Source: Pseudomonadota bacterium
GTDB taxonomy: Bacteria > Pseudomonadota > Alphaproteobacteria > Sphingomonadales > Sphingomonadaceae
Assembly: GCA_038041635.1 (NCBI GenBank)
Contig: JBBTFY010000005.1
Location: forward strand, 9,781 to 73,780
Reading direction: 5' to 3'
DNA length: 64,000 nt
The notes below the pieces were generated by a model. The model was given only the letters and a program-made list of their open reading frames with translations. It made no database searches and was not told where the DNA came from. This document shows positions 21,140-32,385 of the stretch, in pieces (position 1 is the stretch's first letter; each line of letters starts with the position of its first letter). The translations under genes were made by a program, and so were the position numbers.

Positions 21140-23431
21140 ATGACATCAGCCCCCCCTCCCCCGTCAAGCGCAGCCCAAGCCGCACGCGAAATCCTGCGCC
21201 GTTTGGGCAGCGTCATGGCGGCCAACACAGGCGCTCAGGCCAAGCTCAACAGCACCGCACAATTGATTGGTGAAGCGCTGAGTAGCGAAGTTTGCTCTAT
21301 TTATTTGCTGCGTGACGGCGTGCTCGAACTGTTCGCCACACGCGGGCTGAACCAGTCTGCGGTGCATGTCACAAAATTGGCTATGGGCGAGGGGTTGGTC
21401 GGCACCATCGCCGCGCATATCGAAACACTCAACCTGGACGAAGCCTCTTCGCATCCAGACTATGCCTATCGTCCTGAAACGGGGGAGGAGCAGTTCCACA
21501 GCTTTGCGGGCGTTCCCATCATCCGCCGCGAACGTGCGGTCGGCGTGCTGTGCGTCCAGCATGCGGCGTCGCGCGGCTATGACGAGATAGAGATTGAGGC
21601 GCTGCAAACCGTTGCGCTCGTCCTGTCTGAGTTGATCGCTAATGCCAATCTGGTTGATGAACAGAGCAAAGCCGGGGCGCTGGCTGACCAGTCGGCGCAA
21701 AGCCTGTCCGGCCTGAAACTGGTGGACGGAATGGCACGCGGGGTTGCGGTGTTCCACCAGCCGCGCATCATCATCGAACATACCGTCGCCGATGACATCG
21801 AGGTAGAGCGCGCACGGGTCTATTCCGCTTTCACCAAGATGCGCGAACAGATTGACCGCATGGCGAGCCAGGCAGAGTTTGGCGGCGGCGGCGAGCATGA
21901 TGAAGTGCTCGAGATGTACAAAATGTTCGCCTATGACGAAGGCTGGTCACGGCGGATCAACGAAGCCATCGACAGCGGCCTGACCGCCGAAGCGGCGATT
22001 GAACGGGTGCAGCAACGCACCCGGATGCGGATGCGCCAGATCGATGACCCGTTGCTGCGCGACCGCATGCACGACCTAGAGGATTTGTCCAACCGCCTGA
22101 TCCGCATCGTTTCGGGTCAGATGAACACGGCTGCGCAAATGGGTTTACGCAGCGATTCGATCCTGATCGCGCGCAACCTTGGCCCAGCTGAGCTTCTGGA
22201 ATATGACCGCCGTCGGTTGAAAGGCGTCATCCTAGAAGAAGGATCGCTGACCGCGCATGTTATCATTGTCGCACGGGCTATGGGCCTTCCGGTATTAGGC
22301 AGGGTCCGCGATGTCCGCCATATAGTCAGCGAAGGCGACATGCTGTTGCTCGATGTTGGTCGCGCTGTCGTGCATATTCGCCCCAATACCGCGACCCAGG
22401 AGGCTTTTGAAACCCAATTCACATTGTCGCAACAACGTCGCGAGCGGTTTGCCGCGTTGCGCGACGCAGCGCCATTATCCATAGACAATAAACGCATAGA
22501 AGTGATGATCAACGCGGGCCTGCGCGAAGATTTACCCGCGCTCGACTTGACCGGAGCCGACGGTATCGGCCTGTTCCGTACCGAGTTCCAGTTCCTCGTG
22601 TCCGCAACCCTGCCGCAGCGCGAACGCCAGCAACGACTTTACCGCGATGTGCTCGACGCGGCTGGGCATCGTTCGGTGATATTTCGCACGGTGGACATCG
22701 GCGGCGACAAAGCGCTACCCTATATGCGCCAAGACGAAAGCGAAGAAGAAAATCCTGCGATGGGTTGGCGCGGGCTGCGCTTGGCCCTGTCACGCGAAGG
22801 GTTGATGAAAGCACAGGCGCGCGCACTGCTTGAAGCATCAGCGGGCCGCACGCTTAACGTCATGTTCCCACTGGTCGGTGAGCCGTGGGAGTTCGAGGCG
22901 GCACGGGCGATTTTTGTCGAACAGCGCGACTGGTTGACACGGCGCGGTAAAAAAATGCCCAACGCCATTCGTTATGGTGTGATGCTCGAAGTGCCCGCGC
23001 TCGCCGAAATGCTCGATATTCTGCTGCCCCACCTTGATTTCCTGTCGGTTGGAACCAATGATCTGACGCAATTCCTGTTCGCAGCAGACCGCGCTGATCC
23101 GCGACTGGCCGAGCGTTACGACTGGTTATCACCCGCCGTTCTGCGCTTCCTCAAACGTGTGTTCGACCAATGCGATGCTGCGCGAGTGGCCGTTGGTGTA
23201 TGCGGCGAAATGGGCGGGCGCCCGTTAGAGGCGATGGCTTTGCTGGGCCTTGGCCTGCGCCGCCTGTCGATCAGCCCCGCTGGCGTCGGGCCAGTCAAAG
23301 CAATGATCCGCACGCTCGATATTGGGCAATTGGCCCCGCTGATGGAACAGATCGTCTCCAGCGGAGCGGCCGATGCCAGAGCGCGGTTGACAGCTTGGGG
23401 CGAAGAGCATGGCGTGGAGTTAGGAAATTAG
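21140..23431 (+). CDS. ptsP: PEP-protein phosphotransferase EI-Ntr
   Basis: N-terminal GAF domain, GSLTAH phospho-His, GIGLFRTEF, EENPAMGWRG, SVGTNDLTQ, CGEMG. Confidence 0.95.
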   Translation: MTSAPPPPSSAAQAAREILRRLGSVMAANTGAQAKLNSTAQLIGEALSSEVCSIYLLRDGVLELFATRGLNQSAVHVTKLAMGEGLVGTIAAHIETLNLDEASSHPDYAYRPETGEEQFHSFAGVPIIRRERAVGVLCVQHAASRGYDEIEIEALQTVALVLSELIANANLVDEQSKAGALADQSAQSLSGLKLVDGMARGVAVFHQPRIIIEHTVADDIEVERARVYSAFTKMREQIDRMASQAEFGGGGEHDEVLEMYKMFAYDEGWSRRINEAIDSGLTAEAAIERVQQRTRMRMRQIDDPLLRDRMHDLEDLSNRLIRIVSGQMNTAAQMGLRSDSILIARNLGPAELLEYDRRRLKGVILEEGSLTAHVIIVARAMGLPVLGRVRDVRHIVSEGDMLLLDVGRAVVHIRPNTATQEAFETQFTLSQQRRERFAALRDAAPLSIDNKRIEVMINAGLREDLPALDLTGADGIGLFRTEFQFLVSATLPQRERQQRLYRDVLDAAGHRSVIFRTVDIGGDKALPYMRQDESEEENPAMGWRGLRLALSREGLMKAQARALLEASAGRTLNVMFPLVGEPWEFEAARAIFVEQRDWLTRRGKKMPNAIRYGVMLEVPALAEMLDILLPHLDFLSVGTNDLTQFLFAADRADPRLAERYDWLSPAVLRFLKRVFDQCDAARVAVGVCGEMGGRPLEAMALLGLGLRRLSISPAGVGPVKAMIRTLDIGQLAPLMEQIVSSGAADARARLTAWGEEHGVELGN

Positions 23432-23504
23432 CAGTTTTTCGCGTATTTTGGCTGGCTTTGGGCCGCGATCGCTCGCATACTAGCCACTGCGAAGGGAGAG
23501 TGAA

Positions 23505-24359
23505 GTGGAGAAAGAAGAGGTCGCCCCTGAAACCGAACAGGTCGAAAAGACCGTCGGTGGAAAATTACGCGCTGCGCGCGAAGTGTCAGGCAAATCGCTC
23601 GTCGAAATAGCCGCTCAGACACGCGTCCCTCTGCGCATGCTCGATGCGCTGGAGCGCGATGCGATTAGCGAATTGCCGCCTGGACCATATGCGGCTGGAT
23701 TTGCACGTAATTTTGCCCGCGCAGTTGGCCTGGACCCACAAAATATCGCCAGCGAAGTTCTAGTTGTTACGCAAGGCGTCAGCACCCCATCGGCTTATGC
23801 CCTGGATCTGTTTGAGCCCGTTGCCACCAATCGTGTGCCGACGCGCGCACTGGCATGGACGGCCACCATTATCGCGGTGGCATTGTTCGTCGCCTATATG
23901 GTCTGGAAATCATGGCTGATGACCCCCGATGCCAGTGATGAACGCGCCGCAACGCCCGAGGTCACCTCGGCCACACCATCGGCCACACCTGTAAACCCTG
24001 CGGTTGCGGCAGCCACAGCCGCAGGGCCGACAATAGCTGTTGACCCCAGCGCCCCTGTCCGGATCGCAGCCAGTGAACGGGTGTGGTTCAGCCTTGAGGA
24101 TGCCGGGGGGCGCAGCCAGTTCGACCTGACGTTGGAGGGGGGCGAATTTTATACGCTCAAGCCCGCGCAACGCAGCCTGACCCTGCGCACGGGCCGCCCG
24201 CAATCGCTGCGGATATTGGTTGGCGAGACGCGCGTGCCGCAGCTTGGTGCCAATGATGCCGTGGTCAGCGGCGTCGCGCTCGACCCCGCATCGTTAATGC
24301 AACGGATCAATACACCGCCGCTCGCAGTTCCAGTTCCTACCGTCACGGCGCAACCGTAA
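23505..24359 (+). CDS. RodZ-like HTH-TM-DUF4115 protein
   Basis: VGGKLRAARE HTH, YAAGFARNFARAVGLD, single TM, periplasmic domain; follows ptsP. Confidence 0.8.
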   Translation: MEKEEVAPETEQVEKTVGGKLRAAREVSGKSLVEIAAQTRVPLRMLDALERDAISELPPGPYAAGFARNFARAVGLDPQNIASEVLVVTQGVSTPSAYALDLFEPVATNRVPTRALAWTATIIAVALFVAYMVWKSWLMTPDASDERAATPEVTSATPSATPVNPAVAAATAAGPTIAVDPSAPVRIAASERVWFSLEDAGGRSQFDLTLEGGEFYTLKPAQRSLTLRTGRPQSLRILVGETRVPQLGANDAVVSGVALDPASLMQRINTPPLAVPVPTVTAQP

Positions 24360-24368
24360 GGCCATCCG

Positions 24369-25394
24369 ATGATCAAGCGTTCGTTCTTTTTTGCCGCCGC
24401 CCCGCTAGCGCTGCTTCTGGCCCCTGCTGCCGCCCAAGCACAGGACACGGCGGCCGTGACCCAGCGCGTTGACCGCTTGGAGCGCGAATTGCGCGCTGTG
24501 CAACGGCGGGTCTTCCCGGGGTCAGAGAATGGCTTGGTTACACCTGATGTCGGCCCCCCTGCCAGTGCTGACCCTTGGAACGCGACTATTTCGTCATCTG
24601 CGGGCGATATTGCTGCACGGCTGGATGCGCTCGAAGCACAGCTGGCGCGGCTAACTGGGCAGGTCGAGCAGCAAGGGTTCCGCCAGCGCGAAGCGGATAC
24701 CGCCGTAACGCGGCTACGCACCGAGTTTGACGGACGACTTGATGTATTAGAGGCTGGAGCAGCGGCTGTAACGGCGGCGAGTGCTCCAGCGACAACGGCC
24801 ACACCCGTAACAATCCCAGTCCCGCGCCCAGCGGCACCGCGCCCGACGGCGACTACGCCTGCCCCAGTAGCGACACGTCCCCCTGCTACACGGCCAACAA
24901 CAACAGCTGCCCCTCGCCCGTCCACAGCGGCTCCCGCAGCGACCACGCCGCCCGCCAATGCCGCACGCCGCGCTCAAGTTGCTGCGATAGAGGTGCCTTC
25001 GTCGGGCAACGCCGCCGAAGATGCCTATCTCTATGGCTATCGCTTGTGGGAAGCGCGCCTATACCCCGAAGCACAGGCACAGTTGCAGCGCGTGCTCGAC
25101 ACCTACCCCAACCACCGCCGCGCCAGCTATGCCGGCAATTTGCTGGGCCGCGCCTATCTCGACAATGCGCAGCCTAGTCTGGCGGTGCGTGTGCTCTACG
25201 ATAATTACCGCAATCGCCCACGCGGTGAACGCGCCGCCGACAGCGTTTATTATATGGGGATGGCGCTCATCCGCCTCGACCGCCGCACCGACGCGTGCCG
25301 GACATTTGACGAGTTCACCAACGTCTATGGTGATACCGCATCGGCGGGACTGAAAGCACAGGTCACGGCCGCGCGTGGCACAGCCGGTTGCTGA
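24369..25394 (+). CDS. cpoB: Tol-Pal associated CpoB/YbgF-like TPR protein
   Basis: Signal peptide, coiled coil LARLTGQVEQ, Pro/Thr linker, C-terminal TPR; upstream of tilS-ftsH. Confidence 0.75.
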   Translation: MIKRSFFFAAAPLALLLAPAAAQAQDTAAVTQRVDRLERELRAVQRRVFPGSENGLVTPDVGPPASADPWNATISSSAGDIAARLDALEAQLARLTGQVEQQGFRQREADTAVTRLRTEFDGRLDVLEAGAAAVTAASAPATTATPVTIPVPRPAAPRPTATTPAPVATRPPATRPTTTAAPRPSTAAPAATTPPANAARRAQVAAIEVPSSGNAAEDAYLYGYRLWEARLYPEAQAQLQRVLDTYPNHRRASYAGNLLGRAYLDNAQPSLAVRVLYDNYRNRPRGERAADSVYYMGMALIRLDRRTDACRTFDEFTNVYGDTASAGLKAQVTAARGTAGC

Positions 25395-26352
25395 ACAGCC
25401 CCTAGACGCGGGTGCGCTGATTACAGCGACAGCGGCGTTAATTGGCGGTGAGGCCACGCAGACCGCACGATTTGGTATCGCTGTGTCGGGCGGGCCAGAC
25501 AGTCTGGCGCTGCTATTACTGGCGCATCTGGCGTTTCCGGGGCGTGTCGCCGCAGCCACGGTTGACCATCAATTACGCGGCGAGAGCGCTGCCGAGGCAC
25601 AGCAAGTCGCCGCACTGTGCGCACAAATTGGCGTGCCGCACGCTACGCTCACACCGCGCAAACCGATCGCCGGGTCGCTTCAGACGTCAGCCCGCGCCGC
25701 GCGATACGCTTTGCTTGAGGAGTGGCGCACTGCCGGGGACATCGACTGGGTACTGACCGCGCATCATGCCGACGACCAGTTGGAAACGCTGGTCATGCGG
25801 CTGAACAGAGGAAGTGGCGTTGCCGGCCTATCGGGCATACGCACGCGCCTTGGCCATGTGCTGCGGCCATTGTTGGCTATCCGGCGCAGCGCGCTAGTGG
25901 CGCTGGTGCAAAGCAAAGGGTGGGCAGCCGTCGACGACCCCAGCAACCGCGATGATCGTTTTGACAGATCGCGGGTGCGCAAAGCGTTGGCGGTCGGTGA
26001 TTTGCTGGACGCAGATGCCGTCGCACAGAGCGCGGCCGTTATCGCCGATGCGAACGAGGCGCTGGATTGGGTCATGAAAACGATGCTAGCCGAGCGCATG
26101 ACACCAACTCGCGGCGGATTTGACATCAATGTCGCCGATTTGCCGATCGAGCTGCGACGGCGTCTGATACAGCATGCTTTGCGCGCATTGGAGCCAGATC
26201 GCAAAGCGCCGCGCGGCAGCGTTTTGACACGGGCTATCGCGGCGGTCGAGGGTGGCGTTTCTGCCATGATCGGCGATACGTGCCTGAAACCTGCCAAGAC
26301 GAACGCCGAACATTGGGAATTGCGCCCTGCCCCGCCGCGCGGCGCCCGCTAA
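25375..26352 (+). CDS. tilS: tRNA(Ile)-lysidine synthase
   Basis: AVSGGPDS PP-loop, DHQLR, ARAARY, TAHHADDQLET, DPSN. Confidence 0.94.
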   Translation: MAQPVAEQPLDAGALITATAALIGGEATQTARFGIAVSGGPDSLALLLLAHLAFPGRVAAATVDHQLRGESAAEAQQVAALCAQIGVPHATLTPRKPIAGSLQTSARAARYALLEEWRTAGDIDWVLTAHHADDQLETLVMRLNRGSGVAGLSGIRTRLGHVLRPLLAIRRSALVALVQSKGWAAVDDPSNRDDRFDRSRVRKALAVGDLLDADAVAQSAAVIADANEALDWVMKTMLAERMTPTRGGFDINVADLPIELRRRLIQHALRALEPDRKAPRGSVLTRAIAAVEGGVSAMIGDTCLKPAKTNAEHWELRPAPPRGAR

Positions 26353-26416
26353 TCCCTTGTTGAAGCTGATCATCCGCCCTACATTGATATTTCAAGTTTG
26401 TTTGGAGTGATGACGC

Positions 26417-28357
26417 GTGGGTGACGATAAACAGCCGCAAGGCAACCCTTGGCTGAAAAGCCTGCTGATCTGGGCGGCAATCATCCTCACCATGTTGATG
26501 GTCGCGTCGATGATTGGCGGCGGCAATAACGCCGGAGCGGGCAAGGCTTTGCCCTATTCCGAGTTCCGCTCGCGCGTTGCCGATGGCGATGTCCGTGAAG
26601 TCGTTATCGGCGAAACACGTATCACCGGAAAATTGGCCAACGGCGAAGCATTTACGACCAATCCGATCCGCGACCCTGAACTCACCAAATTATTGTCCGA
26701 CAAAGGTGTCCAATTTGATGGCCGCCAAATCGAGCAAATGAGTATCTGGACCGCCTTGTTGCTTCAAATATTACCTTTTGCGTTATTGCTTGGCCTTGGT
26801 TTTTTCATCTTTCGTCAGGTTCAGAAAAACAGCGGCGGCGGAGCGATGGGTTTTGGCAAGTCCAAGGCGAAATTGCTGACCGAACGGCAAGGGCGCGTTA
26901 CCTTTAACGATGTCGCCGGGATCGAAGAAGCGCGCGAAGAGTTGGAAGAAATCGTCGAGTTTTTGAAAGACCCGACCAAGTTTTCGCGGCTCGGCGGCGC
27001 AATCCCCAAGGGAGCGCTGCTGGTCGGCGCACCCGGCACCGGCAAAACCTTGCTGGCACGCGCGATAGCGGGCGAGGCCGGCGTGCCCTTTTTCACCATA
27101 TCGGGCTCGGATTTTGTCGAGATGTTCGTTGGCGTCGGTGCCAGCCGCGTCCGCGACATGTTTGAACAAGCCAAAAAGAGTGCGCCATGCATCGTCTTTA
27201 TCGACGAGATCGACGCTGTAGGACGCCATCGCGGTTCGGGGATGGGCAATGGCAATGACGAGCGCGAACAGACGCTCAACCAGCTACTGGTCGAAATGGA
27301 CGGTTTTGAGGCCAATGAAGGCGTCATCATCATCGCCGCGACCAACCGCCCCGATGTGCTTGACCCCGCGCTGCTACGCCCCGGTCGCTTTGACCGACAG
27401 GTGCATGTGCCATTGCCCGATATTGAGGGGCGCATCAAAATCCTTGGCATCCACATGAAAAAAACGCCGCTGGCCCCTGACGTCGACCCGCGCACTATTG
27501 CACGCGGCACCCCCGGATTTTCGGGCGCGGAATTGGCCAATCTGGTCAACGAGGCGGCGCTGCTTGCGGCGCGACGCGGCAAGCGGTTGGTCGCGATGCT
27601 CGAGTTTGAAGACGCCAAGGACAAGGTGATGATGGGCGCCGAGCGCCGTTCGATGGTCATGACCGACGAGGACAAAAAAGCGACCGCTTACCATGAGGCT
27701 GGGCATGCGCTGGTGCTGATACACGTTCCGGGTAACAATCCGCTGCACAAAGTCACGATTATTCCACGTGGTCGCGCGCTGGGCGTGACGTTCAGTCTGC
27801 CCGAACGCGACGTCCTGTCGCACAATATGGTCAAGATGAAGGCACAGCTCGCCATGGCCTTTGGTGGGCGCATCGCCGAACAGCTTATCTATGGTGACGA
27901 CGAATTGAACACGGGTGCCGCGAGTGACATCCAGCAAGCATCCGCTATCGCCCGCGCGATGGTCACCGAATATGGCATGTCAAAGAAATTGGGCTGGCTG
28001 CGTTATAAGAATGACGAGGATTTTGGTCCATTTGGTGGCGGCGGTCGCGCCAACATCTCTGGCGAAACGTCCAAACTTATCGACAGCGAGGTTCGCGGAT
28101 TGATCGAGGAAGCCGAGGTCACAGCGCGCAAAGTGCTGACCGAGAACCTCGACCAACTCCATGTGCTGGCGGGCGCGCTGCTCGAATATGAAACGCTGTC
28201 GGGCGACGAAGCCAAACAGGTGCTGGCAGGTGAAGTGTTAGACCGCAACAGCAGCGACACTGGCAAACCCAAGGCGATTGAAGGCCATGCAGGCTCTATC
28301 CCACAGGTACGCAAGCGCCCGCGCGTTACCCATGATCCTGCGGCGCAGGGGCAATAG
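26417..28357 (+). CDS. ftsH: ATP-dependent zinc metalloprotease
   Basis: Two TMs, [28 protein letters not shown]. Confidence 0.98.
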   Translation: MGDDKQPQGNPWLKSLLIWAAIILTMLMVASMIGGGNNAGAGKALPYSEFRSRVADGDVREVVIGETRITGKLANGEAFTTNPIRDPELTKLLSDKGVQFDGRQIEQMSIWTALLLQILPFALLLGLGFFIFRQVQKNSGGGAMGFGKSKAKLLTERQGRVTFNDVAGIEEAREELEEIVEFLKDPTKFSRLGGAIPKGALLVGAPGTGKTLLARAIAGEAGVPFFTISGSDFVEMFVGVGASRVRDMFEQAKKSAPCIVFIDEIDAVGRHRGSGMGNGNDEREQTLNQLLVEMDGFEANEGVIIIAATNRPDVLDPALLRPGRFDRQVHVPLPDIEGRIKILGIHMKKTPLAPDVDPRTIARGTPGFSGAELANLVNEAALLAARRGKRLVAMLEFEDAKDKVMMGAERRSMVMTDEDKKATAYHEAGHALVLIHVPGNNPLHKVTIIPRGRALGVTFSLPERDVLSHNMVKMKAQLAMAFGGRIAEQLIYGDDELNTGAASDIQQASAIARAMVTEYGMSKKLGWLRYKNDEDFGPFGGGGRANISGETSKLIDSEVRGLIEEAEVTARKVLTENLDQLHVLAGALLEYETLSGDEAKQVLAGEVLDRNSSDTGKPKAIEGHAGSIPQVRKRPRVTHDPAAQGQ

Positions 28358-28383
28358 CCGGAACAGGCGGACTATTGCGACGC

Positions 28384-28419
28384 AAAAGGGGGCCGAGAAA
28401 CATCTCAGCCCCCTTTTTT
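28384..28419. terminator. Bidirectional intrinsic terminator between convergent ftsH and rpoZ
   Basis: aaaagggggccgaga-aaca-tctcagcccccttttt stem-loop flanked by A and T runs. Confidence 0.85.
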
Positions 28420-28435
28420 GCAACTGGCTTAATGC

Positions 28436-28777
28436 CTATTCGTAATCACCGACACCGGCGGTTGGGCGCGGCGGCGCGGCGGCGGTCAGGCGCAAAGCCT
28501 CTGCCGAACGCATGATCGACCCAATTTCATCGGGTGTTTCATCATCGTCAATGACCACTTTTTGCAGGCCAGCAATCAATGATGCCTGCATGTCGGCGGG
28601 ACGAACGGTTTCCTCCGCAATTTCGCGCAAAGCGACAACGGGGTTTTTGTCGCGGTCACGATCAACCGTCAATTCGGCACCTTCGGATATTTCGCGCGCG
28701 CGCTGTGCCGAAAATAATACCAGGTCGAACCGGTTAGGAATCTTGTCAACGCAATCTTCTACTGTGACGCGCGCCAT
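28436..28777 (-). CDS. rpoZ: RNA polymerase omega subunit
   Basis: [29 protein letters not shown]. Confidence 0.97.
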   Translation of the reverse strand: MARVTVEDCVDKIPNRFDLVLFSAQRAREISEGAELTVDRDRDKNPVVALREIAEETVRPADMQASLIAGLQKVVIDDDETPDEIGSIMRSAEALRLTAAAPPRPTAGVGDYE

Positions 28778-28904
28778 CGCTGTCTCATCCTTGGCTAATG
28801 GAAGTTTTGGGGTAAACGAAGGCGGGCGATAGTCTCAAGCGCGCCGTGAGTCAATGAAAAGCGACCTTTGCGGACGCGGCATATAGCGGCTATCCTTTGC
28901 GACT

Positions 28905-30089
28905 ATGGACAGCGCGACCGAGCCTTTGGATGAACCGTGCAGCTTTTCAGCGCGGGTGGATGGGAATACCCTATCCGTCATTCCATCAGGCATAGAGCGG
29001 CTGGAATCGCTGCTCAGCCACATCAAATGCGCGCAATATAGCGTGACATTGATAACCTACACCTTTGCCGCCGATAAATCGGGCCACGCCGTCCTATCGG
29101 CGTTGGTGGATGCCGCTCTGCGCGAGGTCGCAGTCCGGTTGATTGTCGATGATTTTGGTTCGACCAAAACGCAGGACGATTTTTTTGCGCCATTGCGCGC
29201 GGCGGGCGGGTCAGTGCAGCGATTTGGCATGGGCAGGACACGCCGCTACCTCGTGCGCAATCATCAAAAACTGATTATCATCGATGGCAAAACCGCAATA
29301 ATTGGCGGGTTCAATATCGCCGACCCCTATTTCGCGGCGCATTACGACCCCAATGGCTGGTGCGACCTTGGCCTCATTATCGAAGGGCCGGTGGTCGACA
29401 TCTGCCAGCGCTGGTGCGACGGGCTATTGGCATGGATGGCCCAGCCACGCCAAAGCTGGCGCAGGCTCAGTCGATTGATCCGGGCTTTCCACGCCGATGG
29501 CGAAGCGGTGTCGCTTGTGGTCGGCGGACCGACACCGCGCCTGTCACCATGGGCGCGTCAATTACGCCACGACTTATCGCTGGGCCGCAGCGTCACCGCC
29601 GCCATGGCATATTTCTCGCCCAATGCAGGGTTTTTACGGCGCTTGGCGGGTGTAGCAGCACGGACCAGCGCCACGCTGATCCTCCCCGCCAGTAGCGACA
29701 ATGCTGCGACCGTCGGGGCATCGCGGCTGCTATATGGCTATTTGCTGAAACATGGCGTGCAGATCAACGAATATACGGCCAGCTTGCTTCACGCCAAAAT
29801 CGCCGTCATCGACAATATCGTCTATATCGGCAGCGCCAATTTCGATATGCGCAGCCTCTATGTGAATGTCGAACTGATGCTGCGTGTCGATGATGCGCGC
29901 TTTGCCGTGCTGTGCCGCGACTTCATCACATCGCTCGCGCAAGAATCGACGCCAATAACGACGGAATTGCACAACAAGCGCGCGGGCTGGCTCAATAGGC
30001 TGCGCTGGGCGTTAAGCTGGCTGATGGTCGGGGTCATTGATTATGGCGTGACACGGCGGCTCAATTTTGGCCTGCCTAAACGCAAATAG
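28905..30089 (+). CDS. Cardiolipin synthase/phospholipase D family protein
   Basis: Two HKD motifs (HQKLIIID, HAKIAVID), GSANFDMRS. Confidence 0.9.
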   Translation: MDSATEPLDEPCSFSARVDGNTLSVIPSGIERLESLLSHIKCAQYSVTLITYTFAADKSGHAVLSALVDAALREVAVRLIVDDFGSTKTQDDFFAPLRAAGGSVQRFGMGRTRRYLVRNHQKLIIIDGKTAIIGGFNIADPYFAAHYDPNGWCDLGLIIEGPVVDICQRWCDGLLAWMAQPRQSWRRLSRLIRAFHADGEAVSLVVGGPTPRLSPWARQLRHDLSLGRSVTAAMAYFSPNAGFLRRLAGVAARTSATLILPASSDNAATVGASRLLYGYLLKHGVQINEYTASLLHAKIAVIDNIVYIGSANFDMRSLYVNVELMLRVDDARFAVLCRDFITSLAQESTPITTELHNKRAGWLNRLRWALSWLMVGVIDYGVTRRLNFGLPKRK

Positions 30090-30162
30090 GCAAAGCCCTT
30101 AATTTTCGGTCTTCTCTTCTGCCGCGATTTCCGAGGCGCGAAATGTGCCATTTCGCTCGAAA

Positions 30163-30801
30163 TCACTCGTCCTTGGTTGCCCAGAACAAAAAGCAAGGCG
30201 GCACATTCCACCATTCAAACGCATCAGCAATCTGGGTAAAATGCGGCTCCAAAAAGTCGCGTGCGCGTTTGCGAAATTGATAGACCATGAAGGTGCCGCC
30301 GGGGCGCAGCGCACGGTGCGTCGCGGCCGCAATCGCAGGACCAATGCCATTGGGGAGCGTGGAAAAAGGCAGGCCGGACAGCATCTGATCGGCATGGGCA
30401 AAGCCATGCGCTGCGATAATCGCCTCGACATCTGCCGCAGAACCCAGCACGGGTTTGAAGCGGCTGTCGGCGATCTCGCGCCCCAGATAGTCGATGAAAT
30501 CGGGGTTGGTGTCGATGGCAATCAGCGTCGCGTCGCCGCGCATCCGCTGTAGTACGGGCCGGCAAAACGTCCCGACTCCTGGGCCATATTCGACGAACAG
30601 ATCCACTTTTTCCCAGTCAATCCGCGACAGCATATGGTCAATCAGGCGGTCCGAAGAAGGGATGATCGACCCGACCATCACCGGATGCTTTATGAACCCC
30701 TTGATGAACATACCCCATGGGCCCATTGCGCGCCAGATTGCTTTGGCGACACGGTCGATAAAACGGGCTGGGGCGCGGCGTTCAGCCTTGGTTTGCGACA
30801 T
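30163..30801 (-). CDS. Phospholipid N-methyltransferase, PmtA-like
   Basis: HPVMVGSIIPSS, VEYGPGVG SAM motif, SGLPF, NVPP; resembles rhizobial-type PmtA. Confidence 0.8.
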   Translation of the reverse strand: MSQTKAERRAPARFIDRVAKAIWRAMGPWGMFIKGFIKHPVMVGSIIPSSDRLIDHMLSRIDWEKVDLFVEYGPGVGTFCRPVLQRMRGDATLIAIDTNPDFIDYLGREIADSRFKPVLGSAADVEAIIAAHGFAHADQMLSGLPFSTLPNGIGPAIAAATHRALRPGGTFMVYQFRKRARDFLEPHFTQIADAFEWWNVPPCFLFWATKDE

Positions 30802-30876
30802 GATAGGCTTTCATCAACATTGGGTATCAGCACCCGTTCGCAGAAAATCACACGCGGCGCAATCACGCTGTCGTGC

Positions 30877-32385
30877 CTAGGCGTTTTGGCGGACCAGTCG
30901 TGCGGTGACATGAGCGTCCAGCGCGGCGATTTGTGCGCCCGATAACCTTAAGCCCAATTTGCTGCGCCGCCAGATTATGTCGTCTGCGCTGCGCGCCCAT
31001 TCGCGGCTAATGAGATAATTGACCTCTGCCGCATACAGTCCAGCGCCAAAATCGGTGCCAAGCGCTTCACGCGATTGCGCCTCCCCCAACCAACGCCGTG
31101 CATCGGTGCCATAGGCACGGGTGATGCGGTCAAGCATTGCCGCATCGAGAAACGCATAATCGCGGGCGAGTGCCGCCGCTAGCGCCGCAAATCCCGTAAC
31201 AGCAAAATCGCCGCCGGGCAGCGGGCGTGTCGCCGTCCAATCGCACCCTGCCAAGGCTGGAACCAACGGCGCCAGCCGCTCCACGGCTTCTGCCGCGAGA
31301 TGGCGATAGGTGGTGATTTTGCCGCCAAACACCGACAACATCGGCGCACGGCCATCGTCGCCGCCATCGACCTCGCCATCAACCTCGAATGTATAGCCGC
31401 GCGTCGCCGCCTCTGGTTTTCCCGATCCATCGTCGATCAGCGGGCGGATGCCGCTATAGCTCCACACCACATCAGCAGACGTGATTTGCTGACGGAAATA
31501 ACCGTTGGCTCCGTCGCAAAGATAGCGGATTTCTTCGTCGCTGGCACATGGTCGCTCGCTGGCATCTGGATGGTCACGGTCGGTCGTGCCGATCAGCGTG
31601 AAATCCCGATTATAGGGTATGGCGAAGAATATGCGGCCATCAGGCAATTGAAAGAAATAGCTATAATCATGGTCAAACAGCCGCTTCACGACGATGTGCG
31701 ATCCGCGCACAAGGCGTAATTTGTGCCGTGATGCGACATGGGCGCGATCAAGCAGCGTCAGCACCGATGGACCCGCCGCGTTGACAATAGCGCGCGCGCA
31801 AAAGCTGCCGATGTTGGTGTCGATCCGCCAGCCATCACCTACCCTTTCCAGCGCCAACACCTCTGTCCGCGTCAAGACCGTAGCGCCGCGATCTGCAGCG
31901 TCACGCGCATTAAGGACAACCAGTCTGGCATCATCGACGGCCGCGTCCGAATATTCAAATCCGCGCGTGAAATCGGGCTTGAGCGGTGCGCCAGCGGGAT
32001 GGCGAGCCAGACGGATGCTCCGCGTGGCGGGGAGCAGTTTGCGACCGCCGATATGGTCATAGAGGAACAGGCCGAGCCGCAGCAACCAGCGCGGCCTGAG
32101 GCCCGCACGGTGCGGCAGGACAAAGCGCACGGGTGCAATTATGTGCGGGGCAATGGCCCATAATTTTTCGCGTTCGATTAAGGATTCGCGGACCAGGCCA
32201 AACTCATAATGCTCCAGATAGCGCAATCCGCCGTGGATCAGCTTGGTCGATGCCGATGATGTTCCTTGCGCGAGGTCGCCGCGTTCGAGAAGCAGCACCC
32301 GCGCGCCCCGCCCGGCCGCATCGCGCGCTATCCCCGCGCCATTGATGCCACCGCCGATGACGCAAAGATCATATTGTTCGCTCAT
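30877..32385 (-). CDS. glpD: FAD-dependent glycerol-3-phosphate dehydrogenase
   Basis: IGGGING, GTSSASTKLIHGGLRYLE, DDARLV, GGKITTYR; ATG 32385 overlaps the upstream stop. Confidence 0.94.
   Translation of the reverse strand: MSEQYDLCVIGGGINGAGIARDAAGRGARVLLLERGDLAQGTSSASTKLIHGGLRYLEHYEFGLVRESLIEREKLWAIAPHIIAPVRFVLPHRAGLRPRWLLRLGLFLYDHIGGRKLLPATRSIRLARHPAGAPLKPDFTRGFEYSDAAVDDARLVVLNARDAADRGATVLTRTEVLALERVGDGWRIDTNIGSFCARAIVNAAGPSVLTLLDRAHVASRHKLRLVRGSHIVVKRLFDHDYSYFFQLPDGRIFFAIPYNRDFTLIGTTDRDHPDASERPCASDEEIRYLCDGANGYFRQQITSADVVWSYSGIRPLIDDGSGKPEAATRGYTFEVDGEVDGGDDGRAPMLSVFGGKITTYRHLAAEAVERLAPLVPALAGCDWTATRPLPGGDFAVTGFAALAAALARDYAFLDAAMLDRITRAYGTDARRWLGEAQSREALGTDFGAGLYAAEVNYLISREWARSADDIIWRRSKLGLRLSGAQIAALDAHVTARLVRQNA

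Noticed and set aside
24780-24960. Low-complexity Pro/Ala/Thr repeats and a long antisense ORF (24149-24958)
   Set aside because: Explained by the flexible linker of the CpoB-like protein; the antisense ORF is a GC-rich shadow
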